NCBI GenBank assembly: GCA_976551045.1
Contig: CDPCPM010000263.1
Location: forward strand, 1,054,001 to 1,118,000
Length of the DNA: 64,000 nt
DNA from: Glaucostegus cemiculus
Lineage: Eukaryota
Direction: 5' to 3'
Made by a program: the position numbers and the translations under genes. The notes under the pieces are model-generated. The model ran no database searches, had not been told where the DNA came from, and worked only from the letters and a program-made list of their open reading frames with translations. The stretch's first letter is position 1, and each line of letters begins with the position of its first letter. Below, one piece after another: positions 37,775-50,184 of the stretch.

Positions 37775-38175
37775 CTAAACTGCATCACTTTGCACTTAAA
37801 TTCGATCTGCCATTGCTCCCCCCAACTTTCCAGCTGATCTGTATCATTGCTGTAGCCTTAAACAATCTTCACCACGTACCACACCAGCAATTTTAATATC
37901 ACCTGCAAACATCCTTATCGTACCTCCTAAATTCACATCCAAACCATTTATCACAAACATCAAAGGTCCCAGCACCAATCCTTGGATCACAGACTTGTAA
38001 TCAGAAAAGCAACCCTCCACCACCACCCATACCGCCTCCTATTACCAAGTCAATTTTGGATCCAATTTGCCAGCCTGCCCTGGATCCACGGGCTCTGATC
38101 TTTTGGAACACCTTACCACGTGGGACCTTGTCGGAGGCCTTAATAAAGTTCCTGCGGACAACATCCACTACAGTT
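37775..38175 (-). mobile_element. CR1 LINE RT fragment (decayed)
   Basis: VVEGCFSD..QGLVLGPLMF..MFAGDIKIAGVV resembles the CR1 RT core. Confidence 0.75.
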
Positions 38176-39854
38176 CTTGTGAAGAGGCAGTTAATGTAAG
38201 AGAGGCAACAGGAAGTCAGACAGGGAATTCAGAAGAAACTTCTCCGCCGGGAGGGTCGTGAGAATGTGGAACTCACTCCCATGGGACGTCACTGGGCGGA
38301 ATGTCGTGGGTGTATTGGAGCTAAAGGAACAGAGAAGTGGTGCTGTTTGGATTCAGTGAAGGGAGATGGGAGAGTTAGGGCTGGAACATGAACAAATTGA
38401 GCTGAATAGCTTGTAAATGTGTAACATGTTCTGTGACATTTTCCGAAGTAAAGCAATGCACCTTTGAAAGAGGGAGTTCCAATAAACAGGAATGTATTTT
38501 AAATGCATAAGCCTATTTTAAGGTGTTCCTGATGAGTTTTAGTACTTTAGTACTGCTTCAATGGAGCAGTGCAGTAAAGATTGTTAAAGCAGATACCCCA
38601 AGTATTAATCCTGTATTAAATGTGTCCAAGGTTGAGGAGGAAAGCATGATAGTCATTTAGGCCAAATGTAATGCTAACAGCAAAGAATGTGCTGAAACAG
38701 AGTTATGGTTAAAGTTGGCAGGGGGTGAAAGTCAGAGCATCAATTTAATCTGTGATGTTAGGTTTGGTACAGATGGACAGCCTGGGGTGGAACAAGTGCA
38801 TCAAATCTACCAGGGACATGCTAATGGGGTATGGTACTCAAAGGATTAAAGTAGCCAGAAAACTGATTAAAACATTCTTATCTTATGCTTATAGACAGAA
38901 CGATGCCACTTGGCCCATTGGGTCTGTGCTAGCACACAGGGGAGCATTCCCATTCATCCCATTCCCCATCTCCTTACTTCCCTGTAAGCCTGAAAATTAT
39001 TGTCTCTCACAAATGTCTGTTAACTCTCCTTTTTTCTCTCTCGCCATTACCCTACAAAGCAGGGGTTGAGACACCCAAGGGGCCATTTTGCTGAAGCCAG
39101 CGACATTTGTGACGGAACTCCAGGCAATTGGTTTGAGGTACCATTTGAGAAATACAGCAACAAACCGTGAACTCGTTCAGCACATTTAGCACAGCAAGTG
39201 GTGGAGCTTCAACTCATTGGTGAGCAGGAGATCAGAAATGGATCTGAGAGGGTAGGAGTGCTGGAGAACATAGAACATAGAACACAGAACATTACAGCAC
39301 AGTGCAGACCCTTCAGCTTACGATGTTGTGCCAACATTTTATCCGCTCTAATATCTGTCTAACCCTTCCCTCCCACACAGCCCTCCAGATGAATACAAAA
39401 GAGTAAGTTGGGATGATAAGGAATGCTCAACCTGCAAAAGAGAGTGGGCAAGGAATAAATGAAACCTAAAATTTAATTTAGAAAGGAATAGAGGTAAGGT
39501 AGCTCAGGAAACTTAAAGCAGGCAAGTAGGATCAAAGAAAAATAGTGTATAAAGTGTGAGATTAATGAGAGAGGCAGTGAGAGAGAGGGAAAGCACGTGC
39601 AGAGAGAGGCAGCAGTCAATAGAACGTAGCAAGATGAAGAGAGACCCTCAGTGCAGTCATTCAGCAGACAAGCCTCCATGGTTTCATGTTCATCATCTTC
39701 GGTAAGTATTGCATGGCAACAGGCCCTTCAGCCCATTGATTCCGTGCCCACCAACAAGCACGCATTTACACTAACAACATTTTAATTCTCCCCACATTCC
39801 CATCAACTCCCCCCTAGCTTCTACCAATTATTCAATAAACCTGTCATGCTTATC

Positions 39855-40111
39855 ACCAACGTACCTGTACCCAGAGTGGTTTGCTGTAGAGATGAAAAAG
39901 TCTCATCCCTCCATCCCTCCCGCCAACACCAAAGGATGCTAGGCGTACAAAAATGCACCAATGTTGTTAATGTCATTCTGTCTTTGCGTCTCCCATTGTT
40001 TTCTTTTAATGTGACGAGCACCTTGATCTGTGGAGTACGGTATTTCACTCCCATGCATACTGAATGTGTATATGGAAGTGACAATAAAACTGATTCTGAT
40101 TCTGATTCTGA
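39855..40111 (+). mobile_element. Rex1/Babar LINE 3' UTR (same family as 11644-13020)
   Basis: GGATGCTAGGCGTACA..AAATGCACC and tail GACAATAAAACTGATTCTGATTCTGATTCTG. Confidence 0.8.
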
Positions 40112-40605
40112 AATTAGGTACAAATTGGTAAATCTTACACCAGGCCTGTAGTTCTGTTCTGAGTTAATGAGAACGAGGTGCTAATGAGGTGGCCACAGGA
40201 GCATTGCTGCAGGACAAGCAAAGGAATCAAAACACCCAGCGCCGTTGCTACAGATCTCTACCTTAAGAGTGAGAGTGTGTGTAGATTCTACTTGAGGACA
40301 GAACTTCCCCCACCTCTTTCCCCTCCCCCTCCCCTCCCCCTCCCCTTGCCATTGTCACCATGGCACTTAATGACAGTCATGCTATCCCCAACATGGACAC
40401 AGTCAAGTGATGGTACTCAGGAAGCAGTGCCTTCAGACAACAAACCGTGGACTCGTTCAGCACATTTAACGCAGCCAGTGGTGGAGCTTCAACCCGTGGG
40501 TGAGCAGGAGATCAGAATTGGAGGAATGCAAAGTTCTGAGAGGGTAGGGGTGCTGGAGGAGAATGCAGAGTTAGGTCGCAAACAGGAGTGAACATCTTAC
40601 AATCA

Positions 40606-40837
40606 AGCGCTGGAGGAACTCAGCGGGTCAGGCAATGTCTATGGAGGGAAATGGACAGTCGATGTTTCGGGTTGGGACCCTTCATTTGGATCCCTAGTCA
40701 TCACCAGTTCAGATGAAGGTTCCCAACCCGAAACATCAACTGTCCATCTTCCTCCATAGATGCTGCCTGACCCATTGAGTTCCTCCAGTGCTTTGTGTGT
40801 TGCTCCAGATTCTAGCGTCTGCAGTCTCTTGTGTCTC
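40606..40837. mobile_element. Penelope-derived palindromic element
   Basis: Arms ~40606-40690 and ~40708-40792 are inverted copies. Confidence 0.85.
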
Positions 40838-41469
40838 CTTCTTAAAACCAAGGCATTGTTCTCCTGGGAACCTGTACAGGGGAGATAGATGATGGGAATT
40901 TGATGTGAGTTAGAACAATGGCAGCAGAGCTTTGGATGACCTCAGTAAGGTAGGATGAGGAACAGAGAACGTGTACTGGGGTGAGAGGTGGAGGGAAAAA
41001 TCTAGCAAATAACCACAGCAGAATAAAGGAAGTTCATCGCCTTCAAATGGTTGAGTGAATTCCCTCGCTCTAGTGGTGAGGAAACTGAATTTGCAGAAGC
41101 AGAATCAAGGCCAGAATAAGGAACCATTCTGTCTCTGTGTGACCTTAATGTTATTCAGAAGCAGAAGACTAGCAATGTATCAGCTTCTCACAGATAAACC
41201 CGAAGTATGTCCCTGACGAACCAGAAGAGATAAATTTAGCGTGAGCAAGATAATTCCAATAATGTTCTTTCAGAATCACTGGTTGTGAATCAGCAGTGGA
41301 AGATTACAACACAGTGTACTCTTGGGATCAGGTTCGATAGGGTCAAACAGGCCCTTCAGCCCACTTTATCTGACCCGGCCATCAAGCACTCATTTACACT
41401 AATCCTACAGTTATTATTCTCTCCACAGTTCATTAACCATTATTGGCCAGAAGGGGAATATGCAAACTC

Positions 41470-42467
41470 TCTCACTCCACTCTCCTCCCTATACACTCAT
41501 GACTGCATGGCCAGATTCTGCTCTAACTCCATCTACGAGTTTCCAGATGACACCACCACAGTGGGCTGTATCTCAAATAATGATGGGTCGGAGTACAGGA
41601 AGGAGATAGAGAGCTTAGCGACATGGTGTCATGACAACAACCTTTCCCTCAATGTCAGCAAAACAAAAGAGCTGGTCATTGACTTCAAGAAAGGGGGCGG
41701 TGTACATGCGCCTGTCTACATCAATGGTGCTGAGGTCAAGAGGGTTGAGAGCTTCAAGTTCCAAGGCGTGAACATCACCAATAGCCTGTCCTGATCCAAC
41801 CACATAGATGCCACAACCAAGAAAGCTCACCAGCACCTCTACTTCCTCAGGAGGCTAAAGAAATTTGGCATGTCCACTTTGACATTCTTCAGTTTTTATC
41901 AATGCACCATAGAAAGCATCCTGTCTGGATGCATCACAGCTTGGTACGGCAACTGCTCTGCCCAGGACCGCAAGAAACTGTAGAAAGTTGTGGACACAGC
42001 CCAGCACATCTATACCTCATGCTGCCTTGGTGAAGCAGCCAGCATAATCAAAGACCCCACCCACCCGGGTCATTCTCTCTTCTCTCCTCTCCCATTGTGC
42101 AGAAGATACAGGAGCCTGAGGGCACATACCACCAGGCTCAAGGACAGCTTCTATCCCATGGTGATAAGACTATTGAATGGTTCCCTAATATAATGAGATG
42201 GACTCTTGACCTCACCATCTAACTTGTTGTGACCTTGCACCTTATTGTCTACCTGCAATGCACTTCCTCTGTAGCTGTGACACTTTACTCTGTACTCTGT
42301 TATTATTTTTACCCTGTACTACCTCAATGCACTCTGTACTAACTCAATGTATGTGCACTGTGTAATGATCTGTATGAACAGTATGCAAGACAAGTTTTTC
42401 ACTGTACCGTGGTACAAGTGACAATAATAAACCAATACCAATACCAAATACCAATACCAAATACCAA
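41470..42467 (+). mobile_element. Rex1/Babar LINE fragment (RT C-terminal half and 3' UTR), degenerate
   Basis: [34 protein letters not shown] with internal stops; (CCAATA)n tail. Confidence 0.9.
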
Positions 42468-42907
42468 ACTCTGCACTGACAGCACTGGAGGTCAGGACTG
42501 AAGCCAGGGTCACTGGAGCTCTGAGGCAGCAGCTCTACCAGCTATGTCATTGTGCTATAACAATGCTGTCTACCTGGTTCTATACTAGCTTCATGCTTCA
42601 AGAGGCTGGGGGGCTTATCACTGGTGTCCTGACCTGTTGTTACTTCTTTGGCAGTATCACTAGAAATTCAATTACCTAGTCATTACCGCATTGTTGTTTG
42701 TGGGATCTTGCTGTGCACAGATTCTGGCAGACTGGTGGGGCTGACTGGCCTGTCCCAGTGTTGCTGATTCAGTGTATATTGGCTGCTCTGTTTTCCAGAA
42801 TGAAAACACCCACCACACTTCAAAGTTGCTTTACTGGTTTTGAAGCTCCCAGGCTACTGAAATGGAAGACTTTCTTTATATAATTCCAATATTTTGAGAC
42901 CCCAATT

Positions 42908-43422
42908 AGAACATCGAACAGCACAGCACAGCACAGGAGTAGGACCTTCAGCCCATGATATTGTGCCATATTAATCAAATTAGTAAGCAAATGCCCAAAT
43001 GAACTTAATCCCTTCTGCCTACACAATATCCACATCCCTCCATTTCCTCCACATCCATCTGCCTATCTAAGAGCCTCTTGAACACCTCGATTGTATCTGC
43101 CTCCACCCCCACCCCAGCAGTGCATTCCAGGCACCCACTGCTCTCTGTGCGTAAAAACATGCCCCGCACATCTCCTTTGAACTTACCCCCTCTCACCTTA
43201 AATGTGTGCCCTCTGGTATTAGACATTTCAACCCTGGGAGAAAGATACTGTCTGTTTATCTATGCCTCTCATAATCTTATAAACCTCTGTTGGGTCTCCC
43301 CTCAGCCTCCGCTGCTCTGGAGAAAACAACCCAAGTTTTATAGCACATGCCCTCTAATCCAGGCAGCATCCTGGTAAACCCCTCTCCAAAGCCTCCACAT
43401 CCTTCCTATGATGGGGCGACCA
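42908..43422 (-). mobile_element. CR1 LINE 3' fragment
   Basis: TRGHTFKVRGGKFKGDVRG..EADTIEVFKRLLDRQM motifs. Confidence 0.85.
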
Positions 43423-43895
43423 ATTCAAAACTTTTAAATGGATGCTGTTGTCAGCTGCTATAAAATGGGCTGGAGATTATTGGAGTCAGCTGGTTTCCAA
43501 ACAGTTGCTCTGTGCTCATCGTTAACTTGACTCAAGTTAACTCTATGGGTTCAAGTTTCTTTCCTTCATCACCAGGTCTAAACCCTGGAGCTCCTGACTG
43601 ACTGGTATTGTGGAAACACATTCACCTGAACTGCAGCAGTTCAAGAAGACCAGCTCATCACCGCCTGCTCAAGGGCAGTTAAGGGTGAGCAATAAATGCT
43701 GGTTCAGCCTGCAATGTCCATATTCAGCAAATAAATATGTTTAAAATAACTCTTGGACTTATCTGCCAGTAATCTCAATCTATGGAACTCTTCCTCAAGG
43801 GCACTGGGAGCAGAATCTTTGAATGTTTCTGAGGCAGGGGGTGGATAGAATCCTGATAAGCAAGTGGTGAAAGTTTACTGTGGCTTGGAGGGAAT

Positions 43896-44108
43896 ACAGA
43901 GTTGAGCAAAAAACAAGCTGCTGGAGGAACTCAGCGGGTCAGGCAGCAACTGTGGAGGGAAATGGACAGCAGACACTTCGACCTGAAACATCAGCTGTCC
44001 ATTCCCCTCTACAGCTGTTGCCTGACCCGCTGAGTTCCTCCAGCAGTTTGTCCTTTGCTCAGCTCTGTGTTTTGCTCCAGATTCCACCATCCGCAGTTTC
44101 TTGTATCC
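43896..44108. mobile_element. Penelope-derived palindromic element
   Basis: Arms 43896-43970 and 43994-44068 are near-perfect inverted repeats. Confidence 0.85.
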
Positions 44109-44843
44109 AAACAAAGCTGGGGTTGCAGTCAGATCAACCACAAACTTACTAAATGGCGGAGTAGGCCCAAGAAGTTGACCAGTCTTTTCTTGCTCCTAAT
44201 TTGTATGTGTAAGGCTCTCTCTGCCTGTAAAAATTCCACTAATAGCATGTGAGTTGCCAGCTGTCCTGGGCAATATTAATTCCTCAACCAACATTCCCAG
44301 AACAGTTTAACTCAGGGGCCCTAAGCTCTGGAATTACATCCCTAAATCTCTCTGTATGCATTACAATGCTCCTTAAAACCCATGAGTTTTTGGTCATCTG
44401 TACTAACTTTGTTCGAGTGTTCCCTTATTAATTTTCATTTGATGATGTTCCTGTGAAGTTCTGGGGACCAGTTACTACCTTAAATGAATTTCAGAGCCCA
44501 CTGTTTTGGGACTTGAAGACGCAATCACCAAAGGCAAAGACATAAAAACCTACAGTGCACAAGAGGCCAGAACTGGGGCAGTGTAGACAACTTGGAATTG
44601 GAATTGGAATTAGTTTATTATTGTCGCTTGTACCGAGGTACAGTGAAAAACTTGTCTTGCACACTGACCGTACAGATCAATTCATTACACAGTGCAATGA
44701 GGTAGCACAGGGTAAAACAATACAGAATGATTATAATAGAAGTAATGAGTCATTGAGAGTTGCAGGGCTGGACGAGGCTGGACGGGAAGGATCTGGGGGT
44801 GGAGGGGCGGCAGAGATAGAAAGCGGTCAGGGGCAGGAGGGGT

Positions 44844-44986
44844 CTACAGAGGGGGATCTGGGGCAAGAGTAGGGTTACAGAATTAGGGAGAGGCCTGGGG
44901 CAGGAAGGGGGCTACAGAGGGGGATCTGGGGCAAGAGTAGGGTTACAGAACTAGGGAGAGGCCTGGGGCAGGAAGGGGGCTACAGA
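44844..44986. repeat. 68-bp tandem duplication in a G-rich degenerate array
   Basis: CTACAGAGGGGGATCTGGGGCAAGAGTAGGG... starts at 44844 and 44912. Confidence 0.9.
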
Positions 44987-45609
44987 AGTAAGCAGGGCTC
45001 TGAGTGGGAGGGGCTATAAGGTAGGGAGAGGTCCAGGGGTGGGAAGAAGTTACAGGCATAGGCATAGCCAAGAGGTGGGAGCAGGTTATAGAGATTAGGA
45101 AAGAAGCTCAGGACCATAACAGGTTATGGATAGGGAGGGAGGTGGTAGCATTTATAGCAATGGGTGACGTCTGGGGGGGTGGGGACGGAGAGGGTTACAG
45201 ACAAAGGCAGAAGCCAGTGAAGGTTTGAGAGAATGTTCTCCTGGCCCCAGTTCCACCAATCTTCTGCTGCCACAGTAAGGGGCTGAAGCACTGGCTTGGG
45301 GCCGAAATAACAAAGATAATTTTATTCTGTGACAGTCTTCAGTCTTTTTACAAACCTTAGAAATGTTTACGGGAACCCAATCCCTGGCAATCAAACTGTA
45401 GCACGTCCTATCCGCCGTGAGTGAGGGAGGAGTGGAGAGGGCTATAGGGTGGGGGAGGAGGGGTGCTGACTGGTGGTCCATCCTTCCTCTTGCTCTCCCA
45501 GGAAGCTGCTCAGCTGCAATGGTGCCCGCGTTGTCCCTGTGCTCTGATCTCCACGTCCCCCACTGGTCTCCCTGCAGACAGTCAGTGGCGTGGCTCTGCT
45601 CCCATTATC

Positions 45610-46255
45610 AGGAGAGAGTTATGGGATGTTAGCTTTTATAAATCGTGGGATTGAGTTCAAGAGCAGAGAGGTGATGATGCTGTTTTACAAAACTCTAGTT
45701 AGACCGCACTTGGAATATTGCGTTCAGTTCTGGTTGCCGCATTATAGGAAGGATGTGGAGGCGTTGGAGAGGGTACAGAGGCGATTTACCATGATGATGC
45801 CTGGATTAGAGGGTATGCAATATGAAGAGAGGATTAAGGTGCTAGGGCTCTACTCGTTGGAGAGGAGGAGGATGAGAGGGGACTTGATAGAGGTGTATAA
45901 GATATTGAGGGGAATAGATAGAGTTGACAGCCAGCGCCTCTTTCCCAGAGCATAGATGCTCTAGACGAGAGGGCATGGCTTTAAGATATTGGGTGGAAAG
46001 TTCAGGGGAGATGGCAGAGGGAAGATTTTCACCCAGAGAGTGGTTGGTGCATGGAATGCGCTGCCTGGGGTGGTAGTAGAGGCAGATACGTTGGACAGGT
46101 TCAAGAGATGGTTAGATAGGCACACGGAGGAATGTGGAATAGAGGGATACGTGGGAGGAAAGAGTTAGATCATGTGACGTTTGAAGGATGGCACAACTTG
46201 GTGGGCCGAAGGGCCTGTTTTGTGCTGTATTGTTCTATGGTTCTATGATTCTATG
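45610..46255 (+). mobile_element. CR1 (HER1-like) LINE 3' end
   Basis: YGMLAFINRGIEFKSREVM..YKTLVRPHLEYCVQFW..ERVQRRF; (TTCTATG)n-type tail. Confidence 0.92.
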
Positions 46256-46278
46256 GAGTTGTCAGGGGGGGTTTATCT

Positions 46279-46427
46279 NNNNNNNNNNNNNNNNNNNNNN
46301 NNNNNNNNNNNNNNNNNNNNNNNNNNNNNNNNNNNNNNNNNNNNNNNNNNNNNNNNNNNNNNNNNNNNNNNNNNNNNNNNNNNNNNNNNNNNNNNNNNNN
46401 NNNNNNNNNNNNNNNNNNNNNNNNNNN
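46279..46427. other. Assembly gap (149 N)
   Basis: Run of N. Confidence 1.
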
Positions 46428-47423
46428 TTGGCTGACTGGCTCTCCAGCCTCCTGGCTTCATTCTTCCAATGAAGATTGATAAGCAGCGTATGGTTGAAAG
46501 TGTCAGCAGCATCATTTGTTGATATGCCTGCACTCCCACTGAACTGGAACGTCAGTTAGGATCTGGAATCAGTCTCAGACCAAGTAAAGCCACGTGGAAG
46601 TTCAAGAGATGCTCAAATCCATGAAGGCATAATTAAGGATAAGTTGTTTCTGTTGGCAGGAGGGTAGTAATCAGAGGACACAGAATGAATCGTCGAATCT
46701 TCGGAGTTAACAGCCTAGAAGAAGGCCATTCAGCCCGTTGTACAGTATCTGAGCTGGCAGATGACTGTTAAAAGAACCGGCGAAGGATTTTTTCCTGGGC
46801 TGTTTTCCTGGAACATGCTAACCGGAGAGGGAATCAATAATAACTCTCAAGGGAATCAAATGAGAGAAGATCATCGGGGAAAGGACTAATTAGGGAGCTC
46901 TTCCAAAGAGCCAGCAGCAGCACAATAGGCCAAAGAATGACTCTGGAAGAGTCAGACATACTCCTTGCCAGAGGAGTTCTGGGAACATTGCCGGTAGTTC
47001 GACCAGCCCACTGTCAGTTCCTTCCACCTGCAATGATGCACAGTGGAGAGGATGGAACTTCAGCCTGTACCCCTCAAGCTGAGAGCTTGGAGAGGATCAT
47101 CTGCTTCCTTAGTTCCTGACTCTACCGAGACCTTGTCTCCCCTTCATTTTGAGGCACTTGATGTTAATCTCTCCCCAACTGGGTCTCAATCCCAGCTGCC
47201 AGCCTCAAGCTCTGGAACCTCCTCCTCAAAACCTCTCTGCATCTCTTTCCTTCTTTAAGTCACTCTTTAACACCTACCACTTGGTCAGAGTTTTGATCAG
47301 CAGTGCTAGCATCATCTTATGAGGCCAGGAGACAAACTTTCTTTGTCCTATAAAGTACGCTGGGATCCTTCACTTCATTAAGGGCACTGTAAGGAAGTCC
47401 GCTCTGGGTTATGAGGGGCAGGC

Positions 47424-47712
47424 AGGGTAGTGTAGCAGTTAGTGTAACGCTTTACAGCGCCGGTGACCCAGGTTCGATTCCGGCCTCTGTCTGTAAGGAG
47501 TTTGTACGTTCTCCCCGTATCTGCGTGGGTTTCCTCCGGGTGCTCCGGTTTCCTCCCACATTCCAAAGACGTACGGGTTAGGAAGTTGTGGGCATGCTAT
47601 GTTGGCGCCAGAAGCGTGGCAACACTTGCAGGCTGCCCCCAGAACACTCTACGCAAAAGATGTATTTCACTGTATGTTTTGATGTACGATGACTAATAAA
47701 GAAATCTCATCT
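47424..47712 (+). mobile_element. V-SINE family A, young full-length copy
   Basis: A-box-like TAGCAGTTAGTG, B box GGTTCGATTCC, intact V-domain with CpGs, tail ..GACTAATAAAG. Confidence 0.92.
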
Positions 47713-49079
47713 TGAATGCCCGACTTATGGACACCCCGTACATACGGTCGAGCATTTAGGAGGGATGGATGGGGATGGATTTTCCGGCTATTGTGGGGCT
47801 GCAGGCATCTTCTCCTGGTAAGGAACAGGGCACTTCCACCTACCTTTTCTCCTCACCACCACCCCCATCCTGAGCCACGACAAGTGGGGGCTGGGTGCAG
47901 CCGCGCAGAGCTGGAAGCACTGAGCAGACTCACTCACACACTCACTGAGTCAGTGAGGTCGGCTGGCGGTCACACCTCTCGCTCCTGCCCTCTCTCTCTC
48001 CCCTCACAGCCGTTTCTGTGACCCTCTCCCATACACTGTTCCCGACTTGCTTACACTCGGAGTTATGGGCAGTTCTCAGGAACATGGGGATTGCCTGTAA
48101 ATGCAAGTAATCACTGTCTAAAGCCTCCACCTTCATGGTGCAAAGATGCAGCTATGTCCAAGCTCTCTACAGGCCAGCGAGACAATGCTCACTGTCGAAT
48201 GAGCCTTCACCCTGCCGGGAACAGAAATGAACTCTGCAGTGGGGGCATTTTTCTTTGAGTCCCTTGTTTCCAACGCAACCTTTGAACTTTGAACTGCGTT
48301 GCCACGGAGAGACCAGTTCTGAGGCTTAATAGCTTTGTGACAGGCAAGCGAGCAACAACACTGCCATTCAACTATCTCCTGACCAGTCCACACACAGCGA
48401 AGCTGATCGGTCATTGTGTTAAAGACTAGCAGGGGCCGATGTGTGTACGGGGTCAGGGTCTGCCTGCTATACTCTGGGTGGGATCCTCCACTGAGGGCAA
48501 ACCAGCTCTTATTTCTGCAGGCTTCTGTTCTCATTTCAATTTGAAGCATTGGTCAGAGAGTCAGAGAGTTATACAGCATGGAAGCAGGCCTTACAGACTC
48601 TGCATCAGCCACAGAGTCATTACACAGACTCTGTGGCTGATGCAAAAGACTCGCGTTTTGACAGCGCTTATCTTGACTTTAGGATGTCTCAGGGATCAAG
48701 GCTGTGGGAATGGAGGGAAAACGACAGCTGATTTATTTCCAGGAAGCTCTTTGCAGAGATTATGAGGCAGATTAGAAAGGTTGGTCTGGAAATGGACAGA
48801 CGGTAGATGGGTTACGGGTCAATTAACCGGACAATCCCTGTTGATAGTGCAGGGAGACATGGGTGGCTGCAGGTGATTCTTGGCACACTGTGGTTTTGCT
48901 AAGAAGTTCATGTAATATTTAGGTACGGTGGCACAGTGGTTAAAGTGCTGGGTTGGCAGCGAGGGAACTGAATTATTTATCCAGGGCCAGGTGTGCTAAT
49001 CCAACATGGCAGGTGGACAATTAAATCCCAGTTATTGTATATATCTGGAGTTAGGAGACCACTATCAGGACCACTGTCG

Positions 49080-49275
49080 AGAGACAAGAGAGACTGCAGA
49101 CGCCGGAATCTGGACCAACACACAAAGCGCTGGAGGAGCTCTACGGGTATGGAGGGAAATGGACAGTCAATGATTCGGGTCGAAACACTGGACCCGGTGG
49201 AGGGTCCCGACCTGGGATACATCAACTGTCCATTGCCTGACCCGTTGAGTTCCTCCAGCGCTTTGTGTGTTGCTG
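49080..49275. mobile_element. Penelope-derived palindromic element (degenerate)
   Basis: CAACACACAAAGCGCTGGAGGA and TCCTCCAGCGCTTTGTGTGTTG inverted arms. Confidence 0.8.
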
Positions 49276-49363
49276 TTCGGACCACTGTCTGGATCTGATC
49301 CTGGAGGAAATCCATCCCCATTGTGAGGTCTGGGACTCCACCAGTGCGAATCACCGCCGGGGG

Positions 49364-49690
49364 GGCAGCGCAGTGGCGCAGCTGGTAGAGCCGCTGCCTC
49401 ACCTCGTCAGGGAGCCAGGTTCAATCCTGACCTCTGGTCCTGGCTGCGTGGAGTTTGCATGTTCTCCCGGTTCCTGCGTGAGTTTCCCCCGGATGCTCTG
49501 GTTTCCTCCTACATACAAAGCCGTGCGGGTTGGTAGGTTAATTGGCTGCTGTAAATTGCTCCTGGTTTGTCTGGGTGGTAGAATTGAAGGGAATGCAGGG
49601 AGAATAGGTTACAGGGGAAGTTAGTGGGATTGCTCTGTGGGCTGGCATAACCTTGATGGGCTGAACGGTCTCCTTTTATGCTGTAAGAAA
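49364..49690 (+). mobile_element. V-SINE family B (HE1-like, CR1-type tail)
   Basis: A box TGGCGCAGCTGG, B box GGTTCAATCC, V-domain, tail ATGGGCTGAACGGTCTCCTTTTATGCTGTA. Confidence 0.8.
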
Positions 49691-50184
49691 ACATGGAAAT
49701 ATGAAGTTATGGAATATGGATGGGCTGAGTGCGCCCTCTGGTGAAGGAATGTAATATTACAGTGTTAGAAGAACAGCAGTTGGTCCCCACTCATGTCCTG
49801 CTCTACAGAAGACTTGCCCTGCCTTACTTCATTCAATCCCATCGGCATGTCCTTCCATTCCTTCGTCCAGCTCCCCCTGAAGTACATCCATCCTGTTTGC
49901 CAGGGCCACTCCTCCTGGTGTCTGATCCACCCCCTGAACTTCCTTCTGAGTGAGTGTCTTACGCTTACAGATGTCACATATTGGTTTATTATCGTCACTT
50001 GTGCTGAGGTGCAGTGATAAACTTGTCTTGCACACCGATCGTACAGGTCATATGGGCTCCCCACAGCTGGAAGCACCTCCCAGCAACATTGGTCTTCAGC
50101 TGTGTGATGCTGAAAGAAACAGGATAACACGAGCAAACATAGTAGATCACTGTGTGATCACTGCAGGCTCTGTATTGTTCAAGA

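Noticed and set aside
47424-47500. tRNA gene
   Set aside because: The A/B boxes belong to a SINE head continuing into a V-domain; no full cloverleaf.
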